A stretch of DNA of 64,000 nucleotides from a bacterium (GTDB taxonomy: Bacteria; UBA8248): NCBI GenBank assembly GCA_965213685.1, contig CBDBZY010000012.1:1-64000 (forward strand), given 5' to 3'. Below the pieces are notes generated by a model. That model did not search any database. It saw only the letters and a list, made by a program, of their open reading frames with translations, and was not told where the DNA came from. Made by a program: the position numbers and the translations under genes. Positions 53,998 to 62,142 of the stretch are shown here, one piece after another; position 1 is the stretch's first letter, and each line of letters starts with the position of its first letter.

Positions 53998-55077
53998 ATG
54001 AGCGGAGAACCGGTTTCCCTGGCCGTCATCCTGGGCGACGGCGTGGGGCATGACGTGCTGCCCGTGGCGACGGAGGTGATTCAGGCGGCGGCGGGCGCCG
54101 CGGGCGTCGAGGTGCGGCCCGAGGTGTACGACTATGGCGCGCTCCACTATCTCGAGCACGGAACCCCCCTGCCGGACGATGTGGCGGGCCTGGTGCGCTC
54201 TTTGGCGGAGGCGCACGACGCCATCCTGTTCGGCAGCGCGGGCCTCGACCCGAGGGTTCCGAAAGACGTGAATTGCCGGGAGCTCCTCCGCACCCTGCGC
54301 TTCGAGCTGGACCTGTATGTGAACCTGCGCCCATCGCCGCTGCTGCATCCGGATTTTTGTCCCCTGAAGCGGGAGGTGCCCATCGACCTGGTCGTTGTCC
54401 GCGAGAACACGGAGGGGCCGAACGTGCGGGTGGGCGGCAATTTCAAGATGGGAACGCCGGACGAAATCGCCATTCAGGAGGATATCAACACCTACAAGGG
54501 GGTCTCGCGCATCTGCCGCTATGCGTTCGCGTATGCGCGAAAGCACGGCTACCCCAAGGTGACGATGACCGACAAGCACGGCGCCCTGGTTCATGCGCAC
54601 GGCCTCTGGCAGCGCGTCTTCTGGGAAATCTCCGAGGAGTTCCCGGATGTGGAGGGGGAGCATTACTTCGTCGACACCCTCTGCCAGGACCTCTTGTACA
54701 AGCCTGAGCACTTCGGCGTCATCGTCACCAACAACATGTATGGCGATATTCTGAGCGACCTGTGCGCCGGGCTGGTGGGAGGCGTGGGGATGGCTGCCTC
54801 CGGCTGCATTCACCCGGGCCGCGTGTGCATGTTCGAGCCGGTGCACGGCACGGCGCCCGACATCGCCCTGAAGGGAATCGCGAACCCGTTTGCGGCATGC
54901 CTCACCGGAAGAATCCTGCTGAACACGCTGGGGCTGGAGGAGGCGGCGAACCTGATCTGGGAGGCCGTAGCCTCCGCCGTTCGGGAGAAGAAGGTGACGG
55001 CCGACCTGGGCGGGGCGCTGAACACCAGGCAAGTGGGCGACTATCTTTGCGCGCACATCCAGAAATCGGGCGCCTAG
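53998..55077 (+). CDS. Isocitrate/isopropylmalate/tartrate dehydrogenase family
   Basis: GDGVG, LR..LDLYVNLRP, VRENTEG, NMYGDILSDL, FEPVHGTAPDI. Confidence 0.9.
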   Translation: MSGEPVSLAVILGDGVGHDVLPVATEVIQAAAGAAGVEVRPEVYDYGALHYLEHGTPLPDDVAGLVRSLAEAHDAILFGSAGLDPRVPKDVNCRELLRTLRFELDLYVNLRPSPLLHPDFCPLKREVPIDLVVVRENTEGPNVRVGGNFKMGTPDEIAIQEDINTYKGVSRICRYAFAYARKHGYPKVTMTDKHGALVHAHGLWQRVFWEISEEFPDVEGEHYFVDTLCQDLLYKPEHFGVIVTNNMYGDILSDLCAGLVGGVGMAASGCIHPGRVCMFEPVHGTAPDIALKGIANPFAACLTGRILLNTLGLEEAANLIWEAVASAVREKKVTADLGGALNTRQVGDYLCAHIQKSGA

Positions 55078-55121
55078 CTTTGCCGATTCCCGGTTCCGTT
55101 TCTTGATGGGGGAGTCTGTTC

Positions 55122-56807
55122 ATGGGCTTTGAGGTGGGCGCGCCGGTCCATGCGGGCCAGATCGTCGTCGACGCACTCGTGAAGGAAAACGTCCAGAGGC
55201 TCTATTGCCTTCCCGGCTCCCATCTCCTGCAGTTCTACGATGCGCTGCGGGAAGCGCCCTCCATCAAACTCGTCACCTGCAAGCAGGAGCCAAACGCCTC
55301 CTTGATGGCGGACGCCTACGGGCGGCTCACGGGAGAGCCCGGCGTCTGCCTGCTCACGGCGGGCCCCGGGGGGGCGAACTCCATCGCGGGCGTGGCGCAG
55401 GCCTACGGGGCGGCGTCGCCGGTGGTGCACATCACGGGCTCCGTGCCCCTGGATGCGGCGCGCGAGGCGTTTCACGGGGTGGACGATCCGGATTTTCTGG
55501 TCGATATGTTTCAGAAGGTCACCAAGTGGAGCGTTCGCGTGAGAAGCATGGAGGCCATCTCGGGCGTCATGGCCGAAGCGTTCCGAATCGCCAGGAGCGG
55601 AAGGCCGGGGCCGGTGCACGTCGAGATTCCGCGACTCAGCGACTACAGCCCGTATCTCTTGCAGGAAGCCCCCATCGAATTGTCCGCGTACGAGCCGAAG
55701 CCCACCCGGGTCGTCTCCCCCTCGGAGGAGGACGTCGCCCAATACGCCCGAAGGTTGCTGGATGCGAAACGCCCCGTCATCTGCGCGGGCAAGGGGGTGA
55801 TGCGAAAAGGAGCGATGGGGGAGCTGGCGCGGATTGCCGGGAAATTCTCGATTCCGGTGATCTATCCCCAGGATGCGATGGGCGTCATCCCTGATGACCA
55901 TCCCTTCGCGGTGGGGCACTATTTCGCCTTTCGGAACACCGCGTTCCTGAACAGCGTCACGGCGCCGTGCGATTTGATGATGTTCATCGGCCTTCGGGCG
56001 GGGACGGCGGAGGTGGCGCACGTCGAGGGACATGCGCCTGCGCGTCGGATTTTCGTGGGCTTCGATGACGCGGAGGACGCGCACTATGGCGGGGCGGATC
56101 AGATAGTGGCGGACCCGAAAATGTTTTTGCGCGCCCTGGAGGAGCGCCTGGCGGACGAGAGCAGGCCCGTGAACGAGGGGTTGCGGGAGGAGATCGCCCG
56201 CGGCAAGGCGGATTTGAGAGCGCAGGCCGCAAACGTGATCAAGGGCCATGAGGGCGACGTTCCGATTCATCCGGCTCTCCTGATGGAGAGGCTCGCCGCC
56301 CACGTCAAGCCGGATGCCATCCTCGTCAGCGACGTGGGGAATTGCCAGATGTTCGCGCGCTATTATATGCCGCTGAGAAACCCCTTCTCCTTCATGCAGT
56401 CGGGCGTCTGGAACGCCATGTCCTTCGCACTGCCCACCGCCATCGTCGCCAAGATGGAGTATCCGCATCGCGACGTCGTCGGCCTGGTGGGCGATGGCGC
56501 TTTCCTGATGACGATCGGCGATTTCGTGACGGCGAGCGAGCTTGGGGCCAACATCGTGATGGTCGTCCTGAACGACGGCGCCTATGGCCAGATCGACCGG
56601 CAGCAGCAAAACCTCTATGGCGCGGCGTATGGCTGTGATTTCCAGAGTCCGCGCTTCGCCGAGATGGCGCGCTCTTTCGACGCCTTTGGCGTGCGCGTGG
56701 AAAACCCCGCCGATCTCGATGCGGCCATCGAGCAGGCACTCTCGGCGGGCAAGCCGGCCATTCTCGAGGTGATGACGCGCGAACAGCCCCTGCCGAACAT
56801 CTGCTGA
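55122..56807 (+). CDS. ThDP-dependent enzyme (acetolactate synthase large-subunit-like)
   Basis: KQE, YGRLTG, GPG, RPGPVH, GDGAFLM..NDG. Confidence 0.9.
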   Translation: MGFEVGAPVHAGQIVVDALVKENVQRLYCLPGSHLLQFYDALREAPSIKLVTCKQEPNASLMADAYGRLTGEPGVCLLTAGPGGANSIAGVAQAYGAASPVVHITGSVPLDAAREAFHGVDDPDFLVDMFQKVTKWSVRVRSMEAISGVMAEAFRIARSGRPGPVHVEIPRLSDYSPYLLQEAPIELSAYEPKPTRVVSPSEEDVAQYARRLLDAKRPVICAGKGVMRKGAMGELARIAGKFSIPVIYPQDAMGVIPDDHPFAVGHYFAFRNTAFLNSVTAPCDLMMFIGLRAGTAEVAHVEGHAPARRIFVGFDDAEDAHYGGADQIVADPKMFLRALEERLADESRPVNEGLREEIARGKADLRAQAANVIKGHEGDVPIHPALLMERLAAHVKPDAILVSDVGNCQMFARYYMPLRNPFSFMQSGVWNAMSFALPTAIVAKMEYPHRDVVGLVGDGAFLMTIGDFVTASELGANIVMVVLNDGAYGQIDRQQQNLYGAAYGCDFQSPRFAEMARSFDAFGVRVENPADLDAAIEQALSAGKPAILEVMTREQPLPNIC

Positions 56808-56830
56808 GGGGAGGGCGCTGAGGGGAGGGC
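56803..56830 (+). repeat. Perfect 14-bp tandem duplication spanning the stop codon
   Basis: GCTGAGGGGAGGGC twice. Confidence 0.8.
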
Positions 56831-56942
56831 GGCTCCCGTGCGCCCCCGGCTGCGCGTCTTGCGGAACGCCTCGCGGGCGTCCCGGGGAGGGCGCGGCGGC
56901 GGGCGTGGAAGGGGGATTTCTCGCCCCCGCGGTCGCCCGTGT

Positions 56943-57740
56943 TCAGGACGCCTGGCGCCCCAGGGCTTCCGACAGGGCGCTGAGCAGGAACAACGCCGCC
57001 GCCGCCACGACGACCGACGGGCCCGCGGGCAGATTCCATTGCATCGAGGCCCACAGGCCGATCCCCACGGAGGAGACGCCCGCCAGAATAGCGAGTCCCG
57101 CCATCTGTTCGGGCGTTCGGGAGAATCGCCGCGCCGCCGCCGCCGGTATGATGAGCATCGAGGTGATCAGCAAAATCCCGATCAGTTTCATGGCGATGGC
57201 GATGACGAAGGCGATCAGGAGCATGAAGACGAGCCGGACGGCGAAGGTCGGGACGCCCTCGGCGCGCGCGAGTTCTTCGTGCGCCGTGATGGCGAGAAGG
57301 TCGCGCCATATCCATGCGAGTGCGCACAAGGCCGCCGCTCCGCCGGTGTATATCCACAGCAAATCCGCCGGACCTACCGCGAGGATGTCCCCGAACAGGT
57401 AGCCCATCAGGTCCACGTTGAGCGTCTCCATCGCGCTGATGGCGATGATGCCGACGGAAAGCGCCGTGTGCGCCAGAATGCCCAATAGCGTATCGGTGGA
57501 AAGTTTCCTTTGGCTTTGGAGCATGAGGAGGAAGAGCGCGAGGCTGACGCAGGAGATGAGGATGCCGAGTTGCAGATTGATTCCCAGGGAAAACCCCAGC
57601 ACTACGCCGAGCAGGGCGGTGTGGGCCAGGGAATCCCCGAAATAGGCCATCTTGCGCCAGACGATGAAACAACCGATGGGGCCTGTGACGATGGCGACGC
57701 CCACCCCGCCGAGGAGGGCGCGCAACATGAAATCCTCCAT
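56943..57740 (-). CDS. znuB: Zinc ABC permease
   Basis: GCFIVWRKMAYFGDSLAH, YLFGDILAV, LARAEG, LIIPAAAAR. Confidence 0.95.
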   Translation of the reverse strand: MEDFMLRALLGGVGVAIVTGPIGCFIVWRKMAYFGDSLAHTALLGVVLGFSLGINLQLGILISCVSLALFLLMLQSQRKLSTDTLLGILAHTALSVGIIAISAMETLNVDLMGYLFGDILAVGPADLLWIYTGGAAALCALAWIWRDLLAITAHEELARAEGVPTFAVRLVFMLLIAFVIAIAMKLIGILLITSMLIIPAAAARRFSRTPEQMAGLAILAGVSSVGIGLWASMQWNLPAGPSVVVAAAALFLLSALSEALGRQAS

Positions 57741-57855
57741 CAGGAGTTTCCGGGGACGAGGTTAGGGCGGCGCGATTCGGTGGTCGGTGCGGCGCGCAAC
57801 ATGAAATCCTCCATCAGGGTTTTCCGGGGGGATGGCGGCGGACGGCGTCGGCTTC
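57717..57855 (-). repeat. Tandem duplication (period 74) of the znuC/znuB junction
   Basis: 28-bp perfect repeat GGCGCGCAACATGAAATCCTCCATCAGG at 57717 and 57791, then GTTTCCGGGG in both copies. Confidence 0.9.
57740..57814 (-). CDS. Possible 24-aa bridge peptide MEDFMLRAAPTTESRRPNLVPGNS
   Basis: TGATG overlap with the znuC stop at 57814 and with the znuB start at 57740. Confidence 0.45.
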   Translation of the reverse strand: MEDFMLRAAPTTESRRPNLVPGNS

Positions 57856-58602
57856 CAATGGCAGGACGTCCCCTTCCGGCCCGTGGGCGTGGTCGTGCGC
57901 GTGCCTGTAAATGGCCAGGGTCTCCGCCGCTTGCGGGCCGAACAGGGTCAGGTATTCGGGGTGTTCGCCCACCGCTTCGGGATGTCCCGAGCAGCAGATG
58001 TGCCGATTGAGGCACACCACGCGGTCGGTGAACGCCATGACGAGATGGAGGTCGTGCGAGATCATCATGATCCCGCAGCCCCTCTCGTCTCTGATCCGTA
58101 TGATGAGGCGGTAGAGTTCGGCTTGTCCGGAGATGTCCACGTTCTGGATGGGTTCATCGAGAACGAGGAGTTCCGGGTTGCGCAGCAGGGCGCGGGCGAG
58201 GAGGACGCGCTGGCGCTCCCCGCCGGAGAGACTCTGGACGGGATGCTCCAGCAGGTTTTCCGCGCCCACCTCCTCGAGGCTCTCTTCCATCCGCTTGCGC
58301 GATGGCTTTTGCGTGAGGCCGAGCAGCCTGCGCACGGTGAGGGGAAGCGAGGCGTCCATCTCGAAATTTTGGGGCACATAGCCGATGGTGAGCCCCTCCT
58401 TGCGGTGAACCTCGCCGGAATCTGGCGCAATCAGCCCGAGGAGTACCCGGACGAGGCTGGTTTTGCCCGCTCCGTTGGGGCCGATGAGGGTGAGGATTTC
58501 TTTCCGGGAAATCTGGATGTCGATGTTTTCGAGAATCGTCGTTCCGCCCAGGCGAAGGTGGAGGTTTTTGGCGGAAACGAGGAGGCCCGGCGCGTCAATC
58601 AT
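57814..58602 (-). CDS. znuC: Zinc ABC ATPase
   Basis: GPNGAGKT, LSGGERQR, LDEP, SHDL, ICCSGHP, His-rich tail. Confidence 0.95.
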   Translation of the reverse strand: MIDAPGLLVSAKNLHLRLGGTTILENIDIQISRKEILTLIGPNGAGKTSLVRVLLGLIAPDSGEVHRKEGLTIGYVPQNFEMDASLPLTVRRLLGLTQKPSRKRMEESLEEVGAENLLEHPVQSLSGGERQRVLLARALLRNPELLVLDEPIQNVDISGQAELYRLIIRIRDERGCGIMMISHDLHLVMAFTDRVVCLNRHICCSGHPEAVGEHPEYLTLFGPQAAETLAIYRHAHDHAHGPEGDVLPLEADAVRRHPPGKP

Positions 58603-59083
58603 AACAACACCGGAGGCACCGCCCCCTGATTTCCACCACAAAGGTCTCGACCTGAAAGCCGGATTGGGTGGCGCCCGCCTCGATGGCTTCGCCGATTTTC
58701 TCGTTGTGCGTTTCGGACACGTTTTTACAATCGCGGCAAATGAAAAACTGTGCCTGGTGGGCGTCGGCCGGCATGGGGCAGCCCACGAATGCTTTCAGGC
58801 TCTCGATGCGGTGGATGAGGCCATGCGCCAGAAGAAAATCCAGCGCCCGATAGGCTGTGGGCGGGGCGTTGCGGCCCCCCTGGGCGTTCATGCGCTCGAG
58901 CACGTCATAGGCGCCCAGAGGCGCGCGGCTCTCCCAGACGATTTCCAGCACCCGCCGCCGGAGCGCCGTGAGCCTGACGCCGCGGCGCTCGCAAAGCGTC
59001 TCCGCCTGGCGCAGCGCGTTCTGGACGCAGGCGGCGTGGTCATGCGGATGATGCGGAACATGTTTTTTCTTTGTCGCGGTCAC
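58595..59083 (-). CDS. zur: Zinc uptake regulator (Fur family)
   Basis: RLTALRRRVL, AYDVL, PPTAYRALDFL, CxxC twice. Confidence 0.92.
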   Translation of the reverse strand: MTATKKKHVPHHPHDHAACVQNALRQAETLCERRGVRLTALRRRVLEIVWESRAPLGAYDVLERMNAQGGRNAPPTAYRALDFLLAHGLIHRIESLKAFVGCPMPADAHQAQFFICRDCKNVSETHNEKIGEAIEAGATQSGFQVETFVVEIRGRCLRCCYD

Positions 59084-59119
59084 GGGAAAGTCCTTTGCCG
59101 TTGTGTTGCTATTCTGTTT

Positions 59120-59142
59120 GTAATGTTATAATATAACGAAAA
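59120..59142. promoter_or_regulatory. Zur box
   Basis: AATGTTATAATATAACG resembles the proteobacterial Zur palindrome; lies between divergent zur-znuCB and znuA. Confidence 0.88.
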
Positions 59143-59190
59143 CTTGCTGCCGGCAACCTTCTATTCAACATCATATCATGGAGATTGGCG

Positions 59191-60288
59191 ATGAAACGCG
59201 TAGAATATCTGCTGATGGGTCTGGGTCTGGCCATCCTCTTCCACGTCCAGGGAGTGCTTGCCGCATCCGCTGCGCCTCGGGTGGTGGTTTCCATCAAGCC
59301 GCTTCACTCCCTGGTCGCAGGCGTCATGCAGGGGGTGGGCGCACCGCATCTTTTGATAAGAGGCGCCGCCTCGCCGCATACGTTTTCCCTGAAGCCGTCC
59401 GACGCGAGGGCGATAGAGGACGCGCGCCTGGTTTTCTGGGTCGGCGAGACGCTCGCTCCCGCCCTGAAGCGGCCCCTCGAGGTTCTTCCCAGGCGGGCGA
59501 AGGTCGTTGCCCTGGCGGAAATGCGAGGCATAGGCGTCAGAATGCGCAAGGTGAGAACGGGCGGCTTGTGGGAGGCCCATGCGCATGACGATGGGCACGA
59601 GGCGCACGGGCACAAAGAAGATGAACACAGGCATGGCGCGGACAAGCACAAAGAGGATGAACACGCGCACGAGTCTGACAAGCATAAAGAGGATGAACAC
59701 GGGCATGAGTCGCACAAGCACAAAGAGGCCGGGCATGATGATCACGGGGAGGAGGAGGAGCACCACAGTTGGGACGTGCACGTCTGGCTCGACCCGCTGT
59801 ATGCCGGCAGGTGGGTGGAGGTCATCGCCCGCGAACTCGGCGAGGCGGACCCGCCGAACAGGGGAAAATACGAGGCGAACGCGCGAAATCTCCAGGCCCG
59901 GATCGATGGCCTGCACCGAGAGTTGGAGGGTGTCCTCGCGCCGGTGAGGAATGCGCCCTACATCGTTTTTCACGATGCGTATCAATACCTGGAGAAGCGC
60001 TACGGGCTGAACGCCATAGGCTCGGTGTCCCTGTCGCCGGAGAAGAAGCCGGGCGCGGCGCGCCTGGTGGAGATTCGCAGGAAGATCAGGAGCTTGAAAT
60101 CGGTTTGCGTGTTCGCCGAGCCGCAGTTTCGCGGCGGGTTGACGGAGGCCATCGTCCGGGGCACGAGCGCCCGCACCGGCGTGCTGGACCCGCTCGGGGC
60201 GCACATCCCCGCCGGGGAGAGCGCGTATTTCGCCATCCTGCGCACGATGGCGAAATCTCTCAGGACGTGTCTTTTGCAGAAGAATTGA
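59191..60288 (+). CDS. znuA: Zinc ABC substrate-binding protein
   Basis: SIKPLHSLV, ASPH, His-rich loop, HVWLDP, FHDAYQY, CVFAEPQ. Confidence 0.95.
   Translation: MKRVEYLLMGLGLAILFHVQGVLAASAAPRVVVSIKPLHSLVAGVMQGVGAPHLLIRGAASPHTFSLKPSDARAIEDARLVFWVGETLAPALKRPLEVLPRRAKVVALAEMRGIGVRMRKVRTGGLWEAHAHDDGHEAHGHKEDEHRHGADKHKEDEHAHESDKHKEDEHGHESHKHKEAGHDDHGEEEEHHSWDVHVWLDPLYAGRWVEVIARELGEADPPNRGKYEANARNLQARIDGLHRELEGVLAPVRNAPYIVFHDAYQYLEKRYGLNAIGSVSLSPEKKPGAARLVEIRRKIRSLKSVCVFAEPQFRGGLTEAIVRGTSARTGVLDPLGAHIPAGESAYFAILRTMAKSLRTCLLQKN
59611..59728 (+). repeat. 36-bp coding tandem repeat (about 3.3 copies; HKEDEHxHxxxK)
   Basis: Units begin CAYAAAGA at 59611, 59647, 59683 and 59719. Confidence 0.85.
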
Positions 60289-60967
60289 CGCGGGGCGCAC
60301 GATTCGAGGGATATGGGCAGACCGCATGGAGCGGGCATTCGGCGCACTTGGGCCTGGGGCGGCAGCAGGCGTGCCCCAGGCGCACGAGCAGGGCGTGGTA
60401 TTCGTTGAACAGGGCGGCGTCGCGGGGCAGGTGGGCGGTGATCGTCTCTTGCAGGGAGAGGTAGTCTTTTCCTGCGTTTCGGGATTCCTCAAAATGCCCG
60501 AGCCTGGCGAATATCCGCTTCGTATAGGCGTCCACCACGAACACCGCCCTCCGCGCGGCGTAGAGGGCGATGGAGTCCGCCGTCTCGCGCCCGATGCCGT
60601 CGAGGGCCAGGAGTCGCTCGCGCAGCTCCTCTTCGGGCAGGCGCAGGAGGTTTTCCACCTCTCCTCCGTGATGCGCCCATAGACAGGAGACGAACCCCTT
60701 GAGTCTTCTGGCCTTCACGTTGAAAAACCGCGCGGGCCGGATGAGGCGGGCGAGGCGTTCTGTCTGCGCTTCCCGCAGCCCGCTCTCCGTGAGGAGGTTC
60801 GCTTTTTGGAGATTCGCAATCGCGCGCGCCGCGTTCGTCCACGACGTGTTTTGCACCAGGATGGCGCCGACGCAAATCTCGAGGGCCGAATCGCCAGGCC
60901 ACCAGCCTTGCGGGCCAAAGCGGGCGTAGAGGCGCTCATATACGTTCATCAGGCGCTCCCGGCTCAT
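60260..60967 (-). CDS. Endonuclease III-related HhH-GPD protein
   Basis: GPQGWWP, GAILVQNTSW, GIGRETAD, VVDAY, HALLV, CX6CX2CX5C. Confidence 0.9.
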   Translation of the reverse strand: MSRERLMNVYERLYARFGPQGWWPGDSALEICVGAILVQNTSWTNAARAIANLQKANLLTESGLREAQTERLARLIRPARFFNVKARRLKGFVSCLWAHHGGEVENLLRLPEEELRERLLALDGIGRETADSIALYAARRAVFVVDAYTKRIFARLGHFEESRNAGKDYLSLQETITAHLPRDAALFNEYHALLVRLGHACCRPRPKCAECPLHAVCPYPSNRAPRVNSSAKDTS

Positions 60968-61176
60968 GCGTGATCGTCGGGCCACGGATTTTCTCCTGCT
61001 CCCCTCGCCTCGGCGACGTCCCTCGTGTAGATTCTTACCCTTATACGGGGGCATGGCGTTTCGCAATCATGCGTCCGCCGTTTCTGCGGGATTTTCGGGT
61101 TTCGCGGGACGGGCTGCGCCGGCGAGCCCCGCTTGCAGGCGTGGCGCGTCCGTAGGCCGGGCGCACAGGAGGCGGC

Positions 61177-62142
61177 GTGGAAAACGGAGCGAGGATTCTC
61201 GTCAACGACTGCGCGGGCGTGAAGGCGGGAGAGGACGTTCTGATCGTCACCGATTCGGAGCGTCTCGCTATCGCCCAGGCGCTTTGCGCCGAGGCGCGGG
61301 CCCGGGGCGCGCAGGCGACGATAGCCGTATGTCCGCCCAGACGCATCGACAACGAGGAGCCGCCCCGGGCCGTGGCCGAAGCGATGCGGGCGTCGAACGT
61401 GGTCTTTCTCCCCATCACCCACGCCCTCGCCCACACGCGGGCCACGCGGGAGGCGATAGGCGCGGGTGCGCGCGTCCTCTCGATGACGGCGTTCACGCCC
61501 CGGCAAATGAAGGCGGGCGGCCTCATGGCGGACTTCCGGGCGAGGAAACCGCTTTGCGACGCCCTGGCGAGGCTCTTGAGCGAGGCGCGGGAGGTCCGCG
61601 TCACGAACCCGGCGGGCACCGATCTCGCCATCGGCGTCGAGGGGCGCGTCGGCAACAGCCATTGCTGCGTGCTGGATGGCCCTGGCTTCACCGCCGTTCC
61701 CAACATCGAGGCCAACATATCCCCTCTGGACGGGACGACGGAGGGCGTGCTCCGGGTGGATGGCAGCATCCCGTATTACGGCGTGGGCGTCATCGCCGAG
61801 CCGGTTGCCTTCCGGATTGCGGGCGGGTTCGTGCGGGAAATATCGGGCGGGGAGCAGGCGGATTTCCTGTCCCGGCTCCTGGCCGCCCAAAATGACAGGT
61901 GGGTGTACAACGTCGCGCAGTTCGCGATGGGACTGAATCCGGAGTGCAGGGATTTTACCGGCGAGATGCTCAACGACGAGGGCGTGAACGGCACGGTGCA
62001 TATCGGAGTCGGAACCTCCGCCAACCTCGGGGGCGCCGTGCAGGCCAAGACCCATTTCGACGCCATCATCAGGGCGCCCTCGGTCTGGTTCGACGGGAAG
62101 CCCATCCTGGAGAATGGCGAGATGCTGATGAACCCGGAATGA
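61177..62142 (+). CDS. M29-fold metalloenzyme (aminopeptidase/NicX-like)
   Basis: GTDL, PNIEANISP, QFAMGLNP, DEG..GTVHIGVG, THFD. Confidence 0.78.
   Translation: MENGARILVNDCAGVKAGEDVLIVTDSERLAIAQALCAEARARGAQATIAVCPPRRIDNEEPPRAVAEAMRASNVVFLPITHALAHTRATREAIGAGARVLSMTAFTPRQMKAGGLMADFRARKPLCDALARLLSEAREVRVTNPAGTDLAIGVEGRVGNSHCCVLDGPGFTAVPNIEANISPLDGTTEGVLRVDGSIPYYGVGVIAEPVAFRIAGGFVREISGGEQADFLSRLLAAQNDRWVYNVAQFAMGLNPECRDFTGEMLNDEGVNGTVHIGVGTSANLGGAVQAKTHFDAIIRAPSVWFDGKPILENGEMLMNPE

Noticed and set aside
53998-55077. Calling this gene leuB
   Set aside because: No leu genes nearby and the catalytic Tyr position differs; left at family level.
57717-57829. Repeat-35 bp spacer-repeat units here and at 46381-46487 as mini-CRISPR arrays or off-target spacer insertions
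   Set aside because: The repeats differ between loci, are copies of local gene ends, and the apparent spacers align to sequence just upstream of the first copy; no cas genes are in the window.
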